Shown here piece by piece: positions 11,067 to 21,887 of a stretch of DNA of 64,000 nt. Origin of the DNA: Macrostomum lignano (Eukaryota); the NCBI GenBank assembly GCA_002269645.1, contig NIVC01003000.1, forward strand, positions 62,001 through 126,000, in the 5' to 3' direction. The position numbers were made by a program, and so were the translations under genes. Position 1 is the first letter of the stretch. Every line of letters begins with the position of its first letter. The notes beneath the pieces were generated by a model. It did not search any database. It saw only the letters and a list, made by a program, of their open reading frames with translations, and was not told the DNA's origin.

Positions 11067-13262
11067 AACGGGATCATGCAAAGTACCGTCGCGCGCTGGT
11101 CGCCGCCGTCGCTGAATTCAACGGCCGCGCGGCCGCCGCGCGCGTGGCAGTGACATGAATAATTTCTCGACGTCATCCCGCCGCCCCGCACGGTCAGCAG
11201 TCGGCTGACGGCCAGCCGCAAGGATGCGGCTAATATCGCAGCCAGATACAAGGAGCTAGTAGGGGAGATCACGAGCGCGATTGAAAATTTCATGGCTCCA
11301 TATTCGGTGTCAATATTGTTACAGTATTAGCTTGCATGGTTGACTTTGCCAGGAAGCTGCACATTTATTAGCAACATGTTGCCGCTGTATTATCACTGCG
11401 GTAGATTATACCCTTTCTGACACCTTGTATTACGTTCTGAAACGCAACAATACAATTGAAAGTAATAATTAAAGTAGACTTTTTGATGGAATACAGTAAT
11501 TCTGTTGGCAAAAGACCGGAAGCAAATGTTTTATTTGGAATTTAACTGCCGTCGAAGGCCCACTTTAAAAGACCAATGATGACTAATTATGAAATGTATT
11601 TCAATTGCGCAACTTGTTGAAAACATCTATTATAGACATGAATGAACTGAGCGAGCACCCAACGTGTGTCTACAATTAACGACAATTGCGTTATCTTGCT
11701 CGAGTGGAATAGGCACAGATTCAAATTGCATTGTATTTTTCGCTCAGATCATGCCCAAAGAAGAGTAGTGCTGCACTTCTGTGATCTGCACTTACATTTA
11801 ACTGGCTGGCATAACAGGCCTCTGCCTAAACCGGAGCTCTCTAATACTAAAAGTATTTTAGTCAATACTTGGAATGACTGGACCAACTTTTGTGTTTAGT
11901 AGTCGTTTATTTGTTGCCTAATTGTTGTGGCTTTGTGCAATGTTAAAATAAGTATAGGAGATTAGTAAGAGTAATCTGTTAAATGTTTCTTCATCTTTCA
12001 TTGTAGGCAGCTTTCTAGCTGTACACTTTTTTGGCTTGTACTTAATTAATTATATGACCTATGTATCATTTGTGTGGCAAAATTCTTGATTTTTGCCTTT
12101 GGCATGTATATATAAATAAGAATTTGTTGCCAATTAAAGTATATGACTAGACCTATTTACAAGTCGCATCTGATAAGATTTTTAGGCTGAGAAGGCCTAA
12201 GCTTGAGAGTTCATGTGTTTTGATTCATTATATTGATGTATTTAAACTGTCTTTAGACACATAATTTAGAGCTTTTTTTCTAGAAATCAATCAGTGTGAA
12301 ATTGTGAAAATATGCATATATGATGTGATATGAATTTTGTATATAATATTTCATTTTTATTGGTTATTAATAGAAAGTCTACATTGCTTTTTTGTCATTT
12401 TAGGCACTATCAAGCTGAAAAAATGATTTCTTGCTAGCTACTATCATTCCTAGCTATCTTTTTTTAAAGATACAATCATGTCAAAACAGCTGAAACAATT
12501 TCTTGCATCTCATTTTGAATATCATACGAAAAGGGAAAACAAGATCTTGAAATAAATAAGTGTAGATCTCAAGCTTTCAATTCAAGATCTTAAGTCTAGG
12601 TTTCTTAATATGCCTAGGAATAATTATTAATATGCATATTTAGGCGTAATAGGAAATTTTAATTAATATAATTTAATATAAAGTCGTATAGTATAGTAAT
12701 GATACCATACAAAAAATGGACTATTGCCTTTAATGTCCAAGAACATTTGTTTAAAAAAATATCCATACTTGGCTAGCTTAATTTATAGACTTCTGCATAC
12801 ATAAATCCAAGAAATAGCTTGATTTACAACTGTCCATTTAATGCATAAAAAAAGTAAGAATATAACCTATGACACATTTTCATGATTGGTACTACTAACA
12901 AGAATAATGTTGCAAATTCCTTCCACTTCTATATCAATTTGCTTCAAAAGTTTTTGCTTCTCAAAGTATTTATTTTTAATTTCTTCTTTTAATGTCCCTT
13001 TCTCCTTCCTTCTGTTTAAGGTAGCAACATTAGTAAACTCAAATGAAATAGACCTTGAACATGAGGACATTAGAGGAGACTGTTGCTTCCACTTCTAGTT
13101 CTAGTTATGGCAGCATTGCCAGATTGCCAGTTTCAATATTGGACAACAGCCTCTTGTGGTTGCAGCATTATATATATAGACTAAGCAATGGCAAGATCCT
13201 CTAAATGCAGCAAAAGACAGGCAGACAGATAATGCGATGCGACCACCCAAAAACCCACAGCC

Positions 13263-16200
13263 ATGGATGATGTTCCTGGAGGCGTCAGGCGCCCTGACAG
13301 GCGTCAGTATTATGCAGACTACAAGCGGCAACGGATTGCCACGGAGGACCCTGTGAAGGCAGCTGCGCGTAAGGCACGTGCTGCCAAACACCAGTACCGC
13401 TATCAGGCGCGCAAACGGCAGGAAGCTGCAGGCGCAATTGCTGTACCTCCCAGTGGTGCGAATGCAGAGCCTGCAACTGAGGACACAGTGTACGACGCAG
13501 AGCATTCGGACGAGGAAATTAATCGATTTATCCCAAGACCTGCCGGCGACACAGTTGGACCCGTCGCTGGTGCAAATGCGACGCCAGCTGGCGACCACGT
13601 GCACGGGTGTGGCCAGGGGCATGGGCAACGCGAAGCATCGTATGATGCAGACGAAGAGAGCAGCAGCGACATGGAGGATGTGCACGTGCTTGGTGGCGAC
13701 CCTGCTGACAATTCCACAGATTCTGGAGACTCAGAGTCAGATGACACTGCGCAGGAACATGACTATGGCGGTCCTGACCGGCAGCAGCCAGTGACTGACG
13801 GCAGCCGTCACACATACGGCAGTTTCTGCGTTGCTGTCCAGATGTTTAAGGTGAATGTCAGTCTGAAATTGTCAATGTCTGTCACGTATGGAATGCGAGT
13901 GCCACGAATGCGTCACCTTTTTGCGACTATACAGACGCGACACCGACTCACACGATGCGCACTGACGGACCTGCTGCAGCTATTCGAAAGCACCCTGCCT
14001 CCTGGCTCCAAGATCCCCACGTCACCCTATCTACTGCGCAAGGCTCTCGGGGTGAACTGCACACACTACTGCCTGTCCTGCCTGGCTGAAGTCCCGGAGC
14101 AGGCCCCCGCCTGTCCATGCTGTGCTGCCGCTCTCACAGCTGACCTGCGCGGGACCTACTGGCAGTTGGACATACTGAGCCAAGTGAGACAGTTAATCGA
14201 AACGCAGGGACTGCTGCGCAAGGTGGTGTTTCCGGCTGATCAGTCGGCCACAGAGGAGTCGCTGAGTCGCAGTACCTCCAGCAGATACCAGTATTTCAAG
14301 GCCCGTATCGACGTGGCGGCGAAGCAGCATGTCAGCGGAACGGTGAATATTGACTCTTTCCAGGTCAGTCAACTTTATGGCGTTAAAATCGTTACACTCC
14401 GGGCTGCGGCCTATAGTTACAGTCCGATAGTGTGAGTAACAAAATTAATAATTCGTTGCCATTGTGCAGGTCTTTCAAACAGCCACCTATTCAATTTGCC
14501 CGGTGTACCTGAGCATCAACGAGGTGCCCGAACGACTGAAAGGAAAATTTTTAATCATCTGCGGGTTCTGGTGTGGACGCCGGAAACTGAATTGCACCGC
14601 CTTCCTCCGACTTCTTGTACAGCAGTTAAATATTCTGCAGTCGCGTGGCGTGGAGTACTCCACTGGTAAATATTTACTCCAACATTGACGGATAAGACGG
14701 TCCAAAGAAAAGCATCCGCACTTAGGCTGCGTATTAAATTTTAGGTGGCGGCCCAGACGGACTTTCCGCCGGTCGTCTGTTCGTGACAATCCTGGTGCTG
14801 CTTCTGGATGCACCCCAGCGTGTCGAAGCAACCTGTCTGCAGCAGTTTAATGCGCTTTTCGGGTGTGACCACTGTTACATCCAGACGGCCCCTGTTCCCG
14901 GTGGTGGCGGCCGTTTCTTCCCTCCTGATGTCACGAATGTGCACCTCGCCGAAGCGGAACGGCATGGCTGCCAGAACGTAACACGCCGGACTCTGGAGGA
15001 CACGGTGCACCTCGCCGGTAATAAGGCACCGGCCGCCAGCAACCTGCTCGGCGTGAAGTCCGTTTCGCCTCTGATCGGACTGGTGCGACAGGGGTTCGAC
15101 TACATTGTGGACTCGCCGTTCTGCTACTTGCACCAGACGCTGGGTGGCGTTAAGTACATCATCTGCCAGTTGTTCAGCCAGATGGACAGAAAGCCAGACA
15201 AATATGCAGGTGAGATACAGCTGCGTCTATCGCTACAAATCCATCCCACTTACAGTACATATGAAGAATACGCAGTTGGAATCCCCAATAACGGGCTTTC
15301 TTACAGTCAATCCTGATCTGCGGCACGACATTCCGACCGTGGACGTAATGACGGCCCAGATCCGGGTTCCAAGGGGCTCCATTCAGCGACCTCCCCGCAG
15401 TCTCCGGGATCTTCATCACTTCCGCGGGCACGAGTTTGAAGCGTGGCTGCTGGCATACGGCCCTCTGGTGCTGCCCATGTGTTGCATGGCGAGTATGAGC
15501 GATACCTGCAACACTTCCTGTTGCTGTCATCCTCCGTCTTTTGGCTGACTCTGGAGGGGGCGCCGATGACGGAAGTTGCAGGGACAAGGGCGAACCTGCG
15601 CCAGTTCGGCCATCAACTCCACGGCCTGTACTCGCGACGCGCCAGTACTTACAATATGCACAAGGTGCTGGAGAGTGTCGTTAAGGGTTTTTAAACAAAG
15701 TTGCAGACTTTTGTTCTCACTGTCACCACACGGTCATTGAAATTTTTTCCACACAGGTTACTCATCACATGACCGACTATGCCGAAATGTTCGGCCCTAT
15801 CCACCTGTCAGCGGCGCAATTCGAGGCGCATCATCATGCTCTGCTCTCCCAGCTGCACGGCAGCCGGAGCCTCGGCGCTGAGCTGCACGCCGTCATCCAG
15901 ACGGAGGTCGCCTGTCGGGAACTGCGCGGTAGAGTCCCGCTTCCTCCTGCTGTCCCTGACAACCGGCAGGAAGTGGATGGGGTGGTTGTGACTCACCCAT
16001 TGCGACGGACTGACGGGTGCTTCAGACACGCGTTGCTGCCGAACGGCTTCCGTATTGAGGCCTACTCACCTCGGTTGCGGGCGCGACGCACAGTCTCCAG
16101 CTTCGTCGGCATGTTTGCGGACAACTGGTCTCACCCGAGTGATCGCTCCGCACATGACTTCCTCTTTGCCCGTGTGGAAGCTATTATGCCAAGGGGCCCC

Positions 16201-16454
16201 CGCGTTATCCTCCGCATCGGACTGCTGCCGGTGGAGCCACCGCCTCCACAGCCAATCTTCAGTGGCGCTGCAAGCCAAGACAATGCACCCGGGGATGCTC
16301 CTTCCGGCATGTCCGCCGTCTGCGCTGCGACCCCTTTGGAGAACTTCCGGAGGCAGACATGCGTGAACTGGATGCGCGGCGCATCTTGGGCGCGTGTGTC
16401 CTCACAGACACGCACATCGTGCTCTTGTCGCACGCGCAGGCGTCCCATGCATGA
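13263..16454 (+). CDS. CMC/EnSpm-type DDE transposase, six exons (two 1-nt frameshifts in this copy)
   Basis: GT-AG introns at 13851-13934, 14364-14469, 14666-14744, 15210-15306 and 15665-15756 splice into RHRLTRCALTDLL, CLSC..CPCC, NIDSFQVF (D), LLDAPQR..QFNALFGCDHC (D), CYLH, RPPRSL..GHEFEAWLL, TYNMHKVTHH..FGPI..AQFE (E). The -1 indels at ~15477 and ~16290 are absent from the duplicate copy. Confidence 0.9.
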
Positions 16455-17051
16455 CAAATTGCGGTGCTGCATGACTGTCTCAATGTCTGTAAACTGACTG
16501 TTTTGTAATTAAAATTTGCCTCTGCCGCCGACTGTTTGAGTTATATGTCTTTTCTTTAAACACTCTTGGATGTCGAATCTTATAAAATCCGCATACAGAA
16601 ATGAGAAATTTGAATGGTAATCTAGTATGTACACCTTTTTCTGCATTTGTCTATTGTACATATTTATATTTAATGGAAGCAAACACTGCTTTTCTTTAAT
16701 ATGCCGTGCATAATTTAATTAATTTTGCTCACATTTCTCCTTCGTTCAGCCAGCGATCCTGCGATGTCAGGTCCCGTTGTAAAAAACATCCGTTTCAGAG
16801 CGTCCGTTTTGCGACTTGTCTCGCTAGATTCGATGCACTGAATTGATTGCTCTGCTCTGTTCTGTTTGCTCTGTTCCACTGACTGACTCATTGTCTTAGT
16901 TGCTTTTGTGAAACTAAAATTCAGTACCCGCGTAACGTTCCATTTCCACATTTGTGACCATTCAATCCCCAGCTAAACTACATCCTAGATACATATCAGT
17001 ACGTTTCCATATATGTACAGCGACTGCGGTGTTTTGCCCCCCCCCTTGCAG

Positions 17052-18726
17052 ACGCAGCAGACGAAGACCCAGCGCAGGCCGAGTCAGCGCGCAACAGCGC
17101 AGGCTTCTGCAGCAGCAGTAGCAGCAAGCACCAAGCCGAAGAAGGGCCGCAATGTTAACTCCCAGCCAAAAGTCGCTGTACACGTGGAGAATCCCACTCC
17201 TAGCCAGCAACCCATTCTGTGCACATTCTGCGGGTCCTGGCCCCCCGAGTTCCATTGCGACCGCTGCCCCCCTGTAGGTCAGCATACGTGCGACGGCTGC
17301 AATACACAGTTCCATAATCACCCCGACCGACGCAGTCATCAGCCTGTGCGTCTACACGAAGGTAAGCTCAGAAGATATTGATACCGGGTTAAACATTTGC
17401 GAAGTCCAAGTCCACACTGTCTCGGATGCACTACAAGTCCCCCTCTCCCACGCCCACACAATCCCTCCAGTAATCAATACGGAGCCCGCTGCCCCGTCTG
17501 TCTCTGAAGGCGCGGAAAACAGTCAGCCTGCCGCGCTAGCGACAGTCAACGAAGAAGCTGCCGGCGAAGCTGACGACGCTCCCACAGGTCCGTGCCACCA
17601 GTGCAGCTTGCTGGAGGAGCAACTCGGCGAGGCCCGGACGACCGCCAACCGCCTTGACGCGACGATCGTCGAGCTGCGCGAACAGGTCGCCGAGGCCGCG
17701 AGTGCACACCATGCAGAGGTTGCATCTCTCCGGATGGAGATTGACCACCTGCGGAATGTGTTGGCGGACCGAGACGCCGACCGACACCGTCTGGATTCTG
17801 ACCTCCTGGCATTGCAGCGCAACGTCGTTGAGTGGGTGCAGTCCACTCGGCAGCACCTGCAGGGGGACCTGGCACCTCGAAGCGCGCTACAACGCCATCA
17901 TTGTCTGGAAAATCGTCGTGATGAGGCTGCGGCAACCGAGTCTACGTTTTTGTCGCAGCTCTACTCCACGGAGGCGGTGTCGTTCTCTGCTGCCACTGCA
18001 GCCGCCACCGTGTCCGCCCAGCCCATGGCCGCCGCTGCTGCTGTGCATCAGCAGGACCTGGCTGCAGGCGGGGCGAGCGGCACGATGACGCCACTATTGG
18101 CCGGCTATAATATCTTGGTAAGGCGTCACACTGATTTTTTACAAAACCAAGTATTTTTACTTGCAATCACTTCCGTTATTCCGTGTATTTCATTACACTG
18201 TCAGGTTCCTGCCCTCACCGCCGTCGTCGTTCGGTCGGCACTAAGTGACTTCAAGCGGGACCCGGACGCTCACAATCGGAGCCGCCTGATCCGGAAGCTG
18301 CTGCAGGCCCTCTTCACCAAAGAGGAGCTGCAAATCAGCAGCTGGTCCGGCAAGACCCGCCGGCCCGGCGCTGCTAACAGCCCCGAGAAAATGATGCAGG
18401 CTCCGTCGGCTGCAAAGCTTGACGTCCTGGCGTCTTTCCTGTTGACGGAGGCCGGCATTGCTGACTGCAACGACGAGGTCCGGGCCGTGTTTAAGAACAT
18501 GGCCGACAACAGTCGGCGGGGCTCGCGCCCGAAGGCTGCTCGTCCTGCCCCTGGAGGTGGCGATACGCAAGCCGAAAAGCGCCCCCGCCATGCAGAGTCT
18601 GCTATCACACTGCAATCACGGCCGGCGAATGCGGCGAATGCGTCTAATCCTGAACCGGCGGCGAATAGGGGATCTGCACCAGTGGTTAATGATGGCTCTG
18701 AACCGGCGGCGACTGCGTCTGCCTAA
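17052..18726 (+). CDS. Accessory gene of the CMC element: B-box-like Zn finger, coiled coil, BEN-like domain (5' exon not located)
   Basis: Exons 17052-17361, 17471-18117 and 18205-18726 are joined by phase-compatible GT-AG introns. They encode CTFC..HCDRC..CDGC..H..H (B-box-like), a heptad-rich LEEQLGEARTTANRLDATIVELREQV segment, and RLIRKLLQALFTKEELQISSWSGK..KLDVL..VRAVFKNMADNSRR (BEN-like). Confidence 0.7.
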
Positions 18727-19340
18727 AAACGTATAATCTGTGTCAAAATAACATCACAAAAATGGTTACACGTTTTCGTCTTCATGCTGGTTTAAAAGCG
18801 CTCTTGCAAGCTAGCTTCAACTCATCCACTGTTTTTTCAGTTGCAAGTTACTAGTGATTCCCCACAAAATTTGTCCCGGCGAAAAGTTCATTATTGCTGC
18901 ACCGGGATATCTGTTGAGTTTGACTCAACAGCGCCATGCTTTTATTGTTCTTTAGTACTTTGCAATGCATTACAAAAAACAAAAAAATTACATTGTGGCT
19001 CTCATTACATTTCCAGCTCCACTGTTTTTGCTGCTCCAGCTCCACAGCATTTTATTATGTTCCAGTTCAAGATTTACGTTTACAACTTTCTTTGCTGTTT
19101 GTATTACTTTCTTGTTACAGCTACGACTTTTATGCAGCTTGTCTTTTTGCTCAGTCATTTGCCAGCGAATTAATGTTAATGTTAATGTTAAAAAATAATA
19201 TTTAATTAAATACATACGTTCCTAGTTGTGTTATAAATTAAAAAACCAATTAAGGTAACTAGCTAAAAATTTTCAGCCATTATCTCTTACACTTTTGATT
19301 ATTTTCTACGTACGCTCGTACGGGACGCAGCTAGTACAGT

Positions 19341-19743
19341 GTATTCCCGAAGTACCGCGGCGTAAGCAATTACCGGGCAAGGCGTATTTCAAGCGTAGCA
19401 CTGGCGTATGCCAGGCTGGCAACATGCGTATCTCAAGCGTACCGCGGGCGTAAGCTTAGCGGGCAAGGCGTATTTCAAGCGTACCGCGAGCGTTAACCCC
19501 ACCCCAAACCCCAGCTGGTTAGGCGTGCGTGGGCGGTTTCTAGGCGTATTTTTGGCGGTTTCTGAAAATGTGCCTCAGTTTTACGCCTGTTTTACGCTTC
19601 TTTACGCACAACCTGCTATGTTTACGCCAAGTTTACGCGAAGCTCCCCCATCCTCCCCATAGCCGCGCACCCCCACCCACCCCTCCCCCGGAGCGTTTTT
19701 AAAGCGCATTTTAGGCGTATTTCGCGCTCCGTTTTCCAGCGGG
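19341..19743 (+). repeat. Right subterminal repeat array of the CMC element
   Basis: GCGT cores at 19382/19393/19404, 19426/19437/19448 and 19468/19479/19490, then inverted TTTACGC at ~19583/19594/19604/19624/19635. Confidence 0.85.
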
Positions 19744-19746
19744 GTC

Positions 19747-21254
19747 AGCAGGCCTGTCGCTGCTTCCAGGTCTCGCAGGCTGAGGTCGCCATGCGGCCGG
19801 AGGTTCCGCTTTCTGAAGGCAAACTGCTTCTGGATTTGGACACCCGCGTCAAGCAGACGACGGGTGGTTTTCATTGCCTCCCCTCTAACAAAGAGGTCGA
19901 GGGGGGAATGTCCAAGAAGGAGTTCATGCCAGCGAAGGGCGTAGAGGGAGCCGCGCTCATGATAGCTCGACAAGCGCGGCCTTGCACCCTATTTAAAGCC
20001 TCAAGAACCCCTTTCACCTCTAGGGCACTGTTCCAAATGAAGCCGGCGAAGGAGATGGCCGGTCTAACAATGGCAGTGTAAATCCACCAGAGGCGGCGGG
20101 GGTGAGGCCCCAGGTAGCACCGAAAGCTCTGCGGATCTGCGCGAGAGTCGCGAGAGCTTTGCGGGCTTTCGTTTGGACGTGCGGGGTCCAGCTCAACCTG
20201 TGGTCGAGGGTGACGCCCAGACATCTAGTTTGTTTCTCCATGGCAACAGGTTTGCCATAGAGGGAGAGCGGTTCGATCCTCCAGTTTCGGCGGCTGGTGA
20301 ACATGATAGCCACGGTTTTAGACTCAGAGAACCTGAGGCCGCAGCTATGTGCCCAGCGCTCGGCACGGTGAATGAAGGCTTGAAGGAGGTCCCTGAGGAC
20401 CGCGGGCGATGGTCCAGCCACAGTGGCGGTAACATCGTCCGCGTAGCCGACCTTCTGAACAGGGTCCGGATGCGGGCTGCAAAGCAGCTCGTGGTCCGCC
20501 CTTCTGGACTTCCACGGAGCGTGAGTGTCCCAGGAGGTGCGAGGTGGCAGTACGATGGGAGACTATGTACATGATCCAGCGGGTGAGGTGCTCGTGCGTG
20601 CCCCGGGATTCCAGGGCTCGCTTAAAGGCTTCAAAGAGCACATTGTTGAAAGCACCATCAATGTCGAGGAAAAGCGACAGCGCGTATCCACTGCCAAGCA
20701 CGGCGCGCTCCAGCTTGTCGACAATGGCGTGCAGCGCACTTTCGATGGAACGTCCAGGACGAAAGGCGTGCTGATTAGGGGAGAGCGGGGAGTTCCTCAG
20801 CTCAACGAGGAGAAGGCGCCAGAGCACCAGCCGTTCCATCAGTTTGAGGAAGAAGGACGTCAGACTGATAGGGCGGTAAGCTTTGGCGGAGTGATAGTCT
20901 CCCTTTCCTGGCTTGGGTATGAAGACTACCGTAGCCTCTTGCCAGGCTTTTGGCACATAACCGAGGGTAATGCTGGCCTTGAAGAGGTTGCAGAGGAGGC
21001 CGAGACACCTGTCATTTTTAACTGCCTCATGAAGGAAGGCAGGATAAATGTTGTCAGGACCCGGGGACTTGAAAGGAGAGAAGGATTTTGCGGCGCGAGC
21101 CGTCCTCTCTCTAGTAATGATGGTCGAAGCCAGGATCTGTCCGCCCGGAGAGTGGTCCGGTGGGCCTAGCTGCGGTGCGGCACGTGGGAAAGAGCTGGTG
21201 AGCATAATGTCCAGCGATTCCCCAGGGTTCTCAGCGAGCCGGCCGTCCGGTCTT
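19747..21254 (-). mobile_element. LINE-B middle segment (RT domain, inactivated)
   Basis: KSPGPDNI, VVFIPKPGKGDY..YRPISLTS, FLDIDGAF, VGYADDV. A small deletion removes the QGGVLTP motif after KGGP. Bounded by the CMC TSD and the piggyBac TTAA. Confidence 0.9.
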
Positions 21255-21258
21255 TTAA

Positions 21259-21887
21259 CCTCTTCCGAACTGAAGAGGATTTTATTCATCTCCGTTCCGG
21301 TCGGATGGTAAGCAGCGCTTACCATAGACTATTCCTTTCAGCAGAATGGTTTGCTAAGTCTGTGGTCATTCCAGTCTGATAAAAAGACATTGACTATGAA
21401 TAAGGCCCAAAACTAAGTCTCCATAAACTAACATAGAAAGTTTTACAGCTGAAGATTATGGCTGCACTCATGGAAGAATTTGAAAGTTTTTCCGATTCGG
21501 ACTTAATGACGTCCGATGAAGAAGAAGACATCATGTCAGAGGACGATTATGGTGAGTCGGACGGCCAGAGCACTGCCGAAGAGACGGAAGAGCTGTCTTG
21601 GCATTCTGTAGTTGCTGGGCATGACGTGCAAGCGAATTTGCACGAGTTTCTAGGGACACCTGGACTGAATCCAGGAATTTGCGTACCTGGTGATGTTGAG
21701 CAGGCAACGTCCTTTTTTCTCGGTCTTTTTTTGTCCAATAGCCTTTTCGAAGACCTGGCAAAATGGACTAATCGAAGAGCCTGGGCGGCGATCCACTCTG
21801 TCAATGTCAACGACCTGCCTCGGAGTTTTGCGCAATGGAGAGATTGCAGTGCGAATGAAGTAAAGAAAGTGTTAGGAATGTGCCTTT
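21259..21887 (+). mobile_element. piggyBac left end and transposase N-terminus (first duplicate copy)
   Basis: TTAA at 21255-21258 followed by CCTCTTCC.... ORF 21458 MAALMEEFESFSDSD..FLGLFLSNSLFEDLAKWTN..EVKKVLGMC is cut by LINE-A. Confidence 0.85.

Larger units (their letters stand above)
10652..19743 (+). mobile_element. Complete CMC (CACTA/EnSpm/Mirage-type) DNA transposon, 9092 bp
   Basis: TIR CCCGCTGGAAAA at 10652 with its reverse complement ending at 19743, and a 3-bp TSD GTC (10649-10651, 19744-19746). Removing the element restores the LINE-B frame (LEAATGLLT-LSDGIPSTL vs LINE-A ...ANRVFTDGIASTL). Subterminal repeat arrays and a CMC transposase lie inside. Confidence 0.92.

Noticed and set aside
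19300-19341. CACTG-type TIR ending at ..TACAGTG (19341) as the CMC right end
   Set aside because: No matching left end was found. The CCCGCTGGAAAA pair has a TSD and restores the interrupted LINE frame.
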